DNA from: Dendrobates tinctorius
Lineage: Eukaryota
Length of the DNA: 64,000 nucleotides
NCBI RefSeq assembly: GCF_039654945.1
Contig: NW_027361889.1
Coordinates: forward strand, 3,224,001 to 3,288,000
Direction of reading: 5' to 3'
Positions 56,620 to 64,000 of this stretch are shown piece by piece. The notes beneath the pieces are model-generated. The model searched no databases. It saw only the letters and a program-made list of their open reading frames with translations, and was not told the DNA's origin. The translations under genes and the position numbers were made by a program. Every line of letters starts with the position of its first letter. Position 1 is the stretch's first letter.

Positions 56620-56788
56620 AGAGCCGTAACCTAGCAACCAGCGCCGCCGAACGTTCCAAGCCGCGCACGCGCATCTTCTCTCCAGAGATACTATCCTGGT
56701 TCTTGCGCGCCCCTAGCGGTCACTTCAGGGAATAGGCGGAGATCTGTATTGATCGCGGCGTGGAAGGAGGCGGAAGCGCGTGCTCACA
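56620..56788 (+). promoter_or_regulatory. Small CpG island/promoter and probable non-coding exon 1 of an unidentified gene
   Basis: X-box GTAACCTAGCAAC ~56626, NRF1-like GCGCACGCGCA, CGGAAG, donor CA|GTAAGG. Confidence 0.55.
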
Positions 56789-57668
56789 GTAAGGCAGCGT
56801 GGGTGACAACATGGGGATATTCATGTGTGCGATTATTTGTCCATCCTTCCAGTGATAGGTGATTTTGTATAATGGAGCAGTAGATTCCTCGGTTGTGTAT
56901 CTGTCCCTGGTCTTGGATTGTGTGATGTCCCATATATCAGCCAACTTCGGATGATCTGAGCATCTTTGCTGCTAGTAAACATAAGATTTCCAACCAGATC
57001 TCTGACCCCTGAGCTGATCATCTGCTACAATGTATCAGTGGAGGTTAACTGGGGTCAGTCGGAGTCCTGGTGGTTTCAGCCTTGATTCCTAAATATCCAG
57101 AGACATACTCGCCTTCCAGATCCAGCACGGCCCACTTTTGAGTCCCAGATTCAGTGTCGGAAGCAATAGGACTGCTGCAGCCTGTGATTGGTTGCAGCGG
57201 TGCTGTGACTTTTGAACCGCTTGTGCTCCAGCCATGTGGATGCTGGAAGGTGAATTTGCCGCCAGCTTTTGTTTTAAAACCCTCTGTGCCTAAAAAAAAA
57301 AAAAAGATATTTTAGTGTCAGTACCCCTCTAAGAACATGTGCATACGCTGCTGAACTGAGTGTGCATGTGTATAGGAGAGGTTTTGATAATCAAGCTTTA
57401 ATAATTTTGTCTAAAAGCAGGAAATATATCAATCACCCGTTCACAGCTGAGTTGTTTCTGATGGTATTTGTTTACTTCTCTGCCCTGACTATGTCACATG
57501 CATCCAGGGGGGCATTGCAGCCAGTGATTGCCTGCAGCGGTCACACGGATGTACACCTTTTTATATGCACTTTGCGTCTAAAAAAAAAATCTCGTATACC
57601 TCTGTATGAAAGTAGAGCGTTTTAGCCTTCATATAAGTAAGGTCTAATTTGCACTTTTATAACGCAGA

Positions 57669-57752
57669 ATGGCCAAAAACAAGAATAAATCGGAGAAAAA
57701 GAAGAAGCTGCCCGAGGAGGCGTCAGAAGCTCCTGTGACGAAAAAGAAGAAG
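57669..57752 (+). CDS. Probable first coding exon of an unidentified Lys-rich protein
   Basis: Acceptor ...CGCAG|A, ATGG with good Kozak context, MAKNKNKSEKKKKLPEEASEAPVTKKKK, AAG|GTCAGT donor. Confidence 0.55.
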
Positions 57753-57959
57753 GTCAGTCCTTTACTTTGTGATGGAGATTTGCAGAATCTGCAGCCAACA
57801 TTTTCTACATTTTGTTTGGCATTGTGTGAAAAATATTTAAAGGATTATTATTACCACAATGGCAATACATTTGTGTTGTACAAATAAAGCGTGTTAATAT
57901 AGAAAATATATATAAATATACAGAAGCGTACACAGACAGAAGATTAACCCTAGGCAAGA

Positions 57960-58520
57960 ACAAAATATGGGCCCTCTGCAATCCTATAAGTCTCCATAAT
58001 TGCACAATTCCATCTGCTTTGGAGGAAATGAGGAAGGAAACTTTAGGTCGGGGAGTTGGAGTAGCTCCAGTGGGGGCATTGTGGGATTCTGGACAGCAGA
58101 GAGGTGACCAGCCAAAAAATAGAGCAGCCGACAGCACATTCAGCAGAGAGGTGACGTCTGTGCCAGACAGGTGGATCTGAGTGTCATCAGCGTATAAGTG
58201 GCACTGGAAGCCATTTTGTCTTTATGGTTTGTCCCTGGACAAAGATATAGATGGAGAAGTACAGAGCCTTGGGGGACACCAACAGAGAGGGCAGGATAAG
58301 GTAGTAGTGTGGGAACAGGAGACGCTTTAATAATAATAGCGCTATATAAAAATAAAGATTAACATATTCCGCAGCGCTTTACATTTTGCACACATTATCA
58401 TCACTGTCCCCGATGAGGCTCACAATCTAAATTCCCTATCAGTATGTTTTTGGAATGTGGGAGGAAACCCACGCAAACACGGGGAGAACATACAAACTCC
58501 TTGCAGATGTCCTTGGTGGG
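57960..58520 (-). mobile_element. L2 RT fragment plus SINE-like remnant
   Basis: GVPQGSVL and YADDTQ on the minus strand; adjoining CACGGGGAGAACATACAAACTCC V-SINE-like motif. Confidence 0.6.
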
Positions 58521-59915
58521 ATGTTTGGTTAGTGAAGGATATGGAGATCATGGAGAGGGTAAGGTCTTTGAAAAGGTAGACTTTGCCCTCAAAACCCTGA
58601 AAACGTTGGATTACAACTGATTTCCATGCACCTAAGAAGCTGACGTTTAGAGACCTTCGCTTTCCTTTTGGAGTCCTTTTCTCACAAAAAAATGTCAGCT
58701 ATGCAATTTAATTAATCTCCCAGGCCATTGTCCATTGGAGAAGCGACCGCTGTTTACATGTGGTTCTTTAATTTCCGCCAGTCATTTATTGCTCCATCTA
58801 AGCCTCCAATTTAAGAACTTCTCAGCATTGACTTGACTTAATATAGAAACTGGTATCGATGCATAGTTTGTCCAAGCACAATTCTTTTAAAGGGGTTTAT
58901 CTGAGATTTTACATTGGTGGCCTCTGCTTTGATCAGCAGAATAAATGGGTATCAGGGCCTCCAGCAACACAACGCATCAGTGCAGAGCGCAGGTGAGGAT
59001 GTGGCGTGCTCTGCTGATCAGTCTGTTCCATGTGTTCATGTGAGCGACGTACCAGGCAATAACCCTTTAAAAGTATTGTCCAGCTCTCAGTGGTGTAACA
59101 TGGCATTCAAACTGAATGCATAATTAAATTGTTGCTCAAAATTTTGCATTCCCCACCATTACTACTGCTTTTTTTTTTTTTTTTTTGAGTGGTTCAGGGG
59201 CGAAGTGAGTTCCCAGCCAGCTTCTTTGAATGAGTAAAGCGAACCACAGCAGTTAAGATGACTTTGCCATGGAGGGGCGTGGCTATGTAGTGGGGGCGAA
59301 AGGACGCACTGAGAGAGCTCCTGGAATCCTGAAACTATCCGGTCAGTGGACCCTCACCACTGCGATCTCCCTGCCTGTCTCCGGACCACCCTGGATTCCG
59401 GGCACTCCTGGACCCCTGTGGGAGAGTGCTGCTGGGCTTTTGTGTGCTGGCGGCAGTAAAAGCTGGGGCGGCCGGCGGGGCCTGCACGAGGCGGCGGCCA
59501 TCTTTGGAAGCACGCGCTCTGCCTGTGAGAGACACGGTTCTGGTCCCCATTGCTGCAGCGCTGACGGACGGTGAGCACATATCCTGAAAGAACTGTGGAG
59601 GACAAGCGGTGAGTGCCCTAAGATTGGGACCCGCATTCCTCCTCTTCGCTAAGTCACCTAGCCTGCCGGTGCTATTACTTTAAGGGCCTGGTCCCTTCCT
59701 GGCTGCTATCCTTGTGGGGCGCTGTGATCTCCCCCCCGGGTTGTAAGGGCCCTTGTTTGCTGCTCGGAGCCGGCCATTGTCTCCCTACATGGCCCTACAG
59801 ATCTGCATCACCTTTGGGGCTCTGCTACCACAATATGATAGCCCTGCTACGCCTATAATAGAGGACTCCAGAGTGTACTGTTCTCAAAATCCGGCTCTGC
59901 CATATTGCTATTAAA

Positions 59916-60822
59916 ATGAGCCGCTCTAAGGGATCAGGAGCAGCTGAAAGACTGAAAGAGTATGCCAGAATAGATCATTCTGATGTTTCAAGACCCCTTA
60001 AAAATAACCCCTCACAGGCTCCGCGTAAAAGCCGCTCATCTGGAGGCGAGGAGGAGAGTGAGCAAGAGGAATTAACCCTTAAACAGGCGTCTGAACAACT
60101 GATGCAGGCCATCTCCTTAACCAGGACATCTCTGACTGGGAAGATAGAGAACATGTACACTGAGGTGGGGCGTCTCCGACAAGATATGCAAGCCATGAGG
60201 GGCCGCATTACGGAGGTGGAGACATGGGTATCCCAGGTAGAAAATACCATCACACCTATGGAAGCCAAATTAACAAAAGTGGCAGGCTCTAGGAATGCAT
60301 GGAGGCAAAAAGCAGATGACCTGGAGAATAGAATGCGTCAGAATAATATCCGAGTTATTGTGCTCCCGGAACGTTCGGAAGGTCAACACCCGGAGCAATT
60401 TCTGGAAGATTGGCTCAAAACTGCTCTGGGAGACGAATTCTCCCCAACATTTGCAGTGGAGTGGGCCCACAGAGTCCCCACTAGGCCTCTTCCTCCTGGA
60501 GCCCCACCTAGACCTTTTCTGGCACGTCTCAACTGCAGGGACAGGGATGTGGCTCTGCGTTTGGCACGGCAAAAAAAGCCCCATCAGGTTCAACAACGCC
60601 ACGATCTCGATTTTCCCAGACTTCTCCATGGAACTTCAGAAACAACGGGCACAGTTCATGGAGGTCAAAAAGAGTCTCCGGGAGAGGAATGTTATGTACT
60701 CGATGATTTATCCGGCCTGGCTTCGAGTGGTCCATGAGGGTTCCACCTTGTTTTTTACGGATCCAGTGGAGGCGACTGAGTGGCTACGGTCCCACAAAGG
60801 GTCTGCTGCAAAGGAATCCTAG
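59916..60822 (+). pseudogene. L1 ORF1 (frameshift ~60575)
   Basis: Coiled coil, LENRMRQNNIRV, AHRV, ISIFPDFS, YSMIYPA. Confidence 0.88.
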
Positions 60823-61123
60823 TGCATATATTGCTAGTCAGTACCTTTGCATTAATGGTCTGATTGGAGCTCTATCTGCAAGCGTCCAATTACCAACAAT
60901 ACCAGACACTGTGCTCAGTGATGGTATCCTCTTGTTTGCTTCATGACGGGAGTATAAGACTTTGCTCCCATATTGTTTGTTGTTTATTTACTTTGTTTTT
61001 TCTCTATAGTGGTTTTATATGTTTTTTAGGTAAGATTCGCAGCCAACGACAGTTTTCATCTTTAGGTGATGGCTCTAAATTTTGCCTGGGTAATGATATG
61101 CCCCATATTTAGCGGAGTAAAAC

Positions 61124-64000
61124 ATGAGGTCTGAGTTGATATGTATGACATGGAATGTGAGGGGTATAAAAACTCCCCAGAAAAAGATTTAGGTTTTCTC
61201 GCAGGTCAGACACTATCACCCTCACATTGTGGCCCTGGTGGAGACGCACTTGACCAGGGATACTGTTCGGTGCGTGCAGAAGCGTTGGGTACAATGGTCT
61301 GTTCACGCATTCCACACCACCTACTCGAGAGGGGTTTCACTGTTGCTGCATAGAGACGTTAGATGGGGAAACCAGGGAGACCCGAAGGGATACTGAAGGT
61401 CGCTTTGTTTTTGTGCATGCACTGATAAATGCCAGGGAATATGTAATCCTATGTGTCTATAACCCCCCTCCGGCTAGTATGTCCCTTCTTCAGAAGTCAA
61501 TGAGTTTGGCCCTGGATTATCCAGATGCGGATGTTATTTGTATGGGAGATTTCAATATGGTTATGAACATCTGCCTTGATAAATTGAAATTGGATGATCG
61601 AATGACTGAGGGGGCCTCTTCGCTGTCTACAACTTTGCTGTCACTGTTTATGGGGGAGGGTGGGTTGCTGGATCTGTGGAGGATGTGTCACCCTGAGTTA
61701 AGAGAATATACCTGTCACTTGTCCACTAAACGCTCTCTGTCGCACATAGATTACATATTTGGTTCCAGCGGTCTGGCGATGTGGGTGGATAACATAGAGC
61801 ATGGCAGTAGGGGGATCTCAGACCATAGGCCGGTCATCCTTAAACTTAAATATGGACAATTAAACAATGGGATAGTTTGGAAGTTGAATCCTTTCTGGTT
61901 GAAGTTAATAGTGTCCCCCGATAGAACGATCGATCAGTTGCATTGTTTCATCGCGTCTCATCCGGAACCTCATGACATTAATTTATTTTGGGATGCCCTT
62001 AAGGCATTCTTGAGGGGCTGCCTGTCCTCCACGATCTCTTATATTAAGCGGGTAACCTCAAGGGAGGATGAGGAAATCGAGCGACGATTGAAAGACTCAG
62101 AGGCTACATATATATCTAACCAAACTAGTGGCAATAGGTTTGAGTGGTTGGCTGCCCAGAGGTTATACGCCCAGCATATAGACACCAAATCTAAGCGTAA
62201 ACTATTCTTCACCCGTCAATGTTATTTTGGACTGGGAAGCCAGGCAAGTGAGTTTTTGGCCTATTTGGTGCGCCAACACGATACCTCCAATACAATACTG
62301 CAGATTCGTAAGGCGGATGGTTTACTGGTGTCTTCGACCGAGGAGATACTTGGTTGTTTTTACGACTACTACAGGTCATTATATGAATCTAAAAGTGACT
62401 TTGATAATTTGGGGTGCTTGGACTATTTGTCAGATGTGACATTCCCCACATTAGATCCTGAACAGCGAGCCCTTATGGACGCTGCGTTCACCGCCGAAGA
62501 GATAGAAAATGCTATAACGGACATGGCTTCTGAGAAGGCCCCTGGGCCGGATGGGTTCCCCATTGAATTGTATAGGAAATACCGGGATATACTGATACCA
62601 CTTCTGGTGAAGGTATTTCGTGGAATTTGGGAAGGGAAGTCTATGCCTGATTCTTTTTATGAGGCTAATATCATAGTGCTTAGGAAGGAAGGAAAGGACC
62701 CCCTTGTAATGTGGATCTTACCGTCCTATTTCATTTGTAGATGTGGACTATAACATTTTTACCAAGATTCTAGCTACCAGGCTGAACTCAATTATATTGA
62801 ACCTTGTACATCCTGATCAAACGGGTTTCATGCCTGGTAAGAGCACTTCCATTAACATCAGACGGGTCCAGTCAATAGTCCAATATAGCTCCCTAATACC
62901 CGACAACAAATGGGCGTTGGCATCGTTAAATGCCACCAAGGCTTTTGACTCTCTTGAGTGGCCTTTCCTCTCCGCATGCTTGCAAAGATATGGCTTTGGT
63001 GACAAATTTATAAAATGGATCAAAATATTATTTATGAAACCCAAAGCCCGTATCGTAGTAAATAATTCTATATCTGAGTCTTTTCCATTACATAGGGGGA
63101 GTCGTCAAGGGTGCCCTCTTTCCCCCGCCCTCTTCGCTCTTGCAATTAAGGCACTGGCGATACATATAATGTCTTCCCCTGGCATTAAGGAAATAGATGT
63201 AGCGGGTCGGGTGGACACTATAGGTCTATATGCTGATGATATGGTGATATTCATGGATGAAGCGGAAGAAACTTTGCCGCAAGTGATCGCCCTTATAGAT
63301 GGATTCAGCAAATATTCAGGCTTATATATAAATTGGGAGAAGTCGGCCTTGTTACCCCTTTCTCATGCCCCGATGCCGCAGCTAGAGGCTCTCTCCTCAC
63401 TATCTATTGTATCTAATTTTAAATATCTAGGTGTCTACATATCCCATGATAGTGCGTTTGATTCACAACTCAATATCCACCCACTGCTGGAACTAGTTAA
63501 AGTTAAATTTGCATCCTGGAGCAAACTTCCGTTGTCTGTAGCCGGACGCATTAACCTGATTTAAAATGATATTACTTCCCAGCTTAGCTACTCCCTTCAG
63601 CACAGTGCTGTGATGGTGCCCAAATCCTTCTTTGTGAATCTCAACTCCCAGATCACGTCTCTTATATGGGGGAAAACTAGGCCCAAACTTAAATTGGCCA
63701 CCTTACAAAGACCTAAAAAGGGAGGTGGAGCGGCGCTACCGGATGCTGGGTAGCTACATTCCCAACTCTGAAAGTCACCTGCTTCACGCTGCACACACTG
63801 ATTGCCCATTGGGTTTCCTTGAGTTAGAGAGGACTAATACGCCTCGTCTGCTGCCCTTGCTCTGATTGGCACGATTAGCATGGTGGCAAATTAAGAAAGT
63901 GACTGGGTTTAAAGATTTTATAGCTGAAATGCCCCTGTGGGATAATGATTATTTTCCGGAACTGCTAAACCACCCGTCCACCGATTTTTGGATTCAGCAT
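61124..64000 (+). pseudogene. L1 ORF2 (APE endonuclease + RT), several frameshifts/stops
   Basis: WNVRG, GDFN, IDYIF, SDH, KAPGPDG, QTGF, RQGCPLSP, YADD, FKYLG. Confidence 0.92.

Larger units (their letters stand above)
59271..64000 (+). mobile_element. L1-clade LINE with intact 5' end, runs off right edge
   Basis: GC-rich 5'UTR, ORF1, inter-ORF spacer, ORF2 EN+RT. Confidence 0.93.

Noticed and set aside
59188-59255. Intronic H/ACA snoRNA
   Set aside because: One hairpin and an overlapping H-box-like ACAGCA only; no second hairpin or ACA box, and no family recognised.

Overview
Vertebrate genomic DNA, most likely from a frog (inferred from the transposon repertoire). It is intron-rich and largely transposon- and tandem-repeat-derived. 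Host genes, left to right: UNKL (minus strand; exons 1-2 in window, runs off the left edge); a complete intron-containing histone H3.3 gene (plus strand, head-to-head with UNKL); UQCC4/C16orf91 (minus strand, 2 exons, 120 aa); and the probable first exons of an unidentified plus-strand gene with a Lys-rich N-terminus. The UNKL-H3.3-UQCC4 order suggests a third H3.3 paralogue not present at the human locus. Mobile DNA includes a near-intact IR/DR Tc1 (DD34E) inside a 26-bp satellite, two decayed Tc1s, a piggyBac deletion derivative, CR1/L2/L1 LINEs and many hAT/Harbinger MITEs. A three-level nest occupies 38.7-49.8 kb: a TTAA-bounded non-autonomous element holds a full-length DIRS1-type tyrosine-recombinase retrotransposon, which holds a hAT MITE. 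The DIRS copy is the most interesting object. Its gag ORF appears to be assembled by splicing two tiny GT-AG introns (56 and 71 nt), and its pol frame begins directly behind a TGA-CTAG stop followed by a stem-loop, a candidate readthrough signal. Most long low-complexity ORFs in the track are artefacts of tandem repeats.
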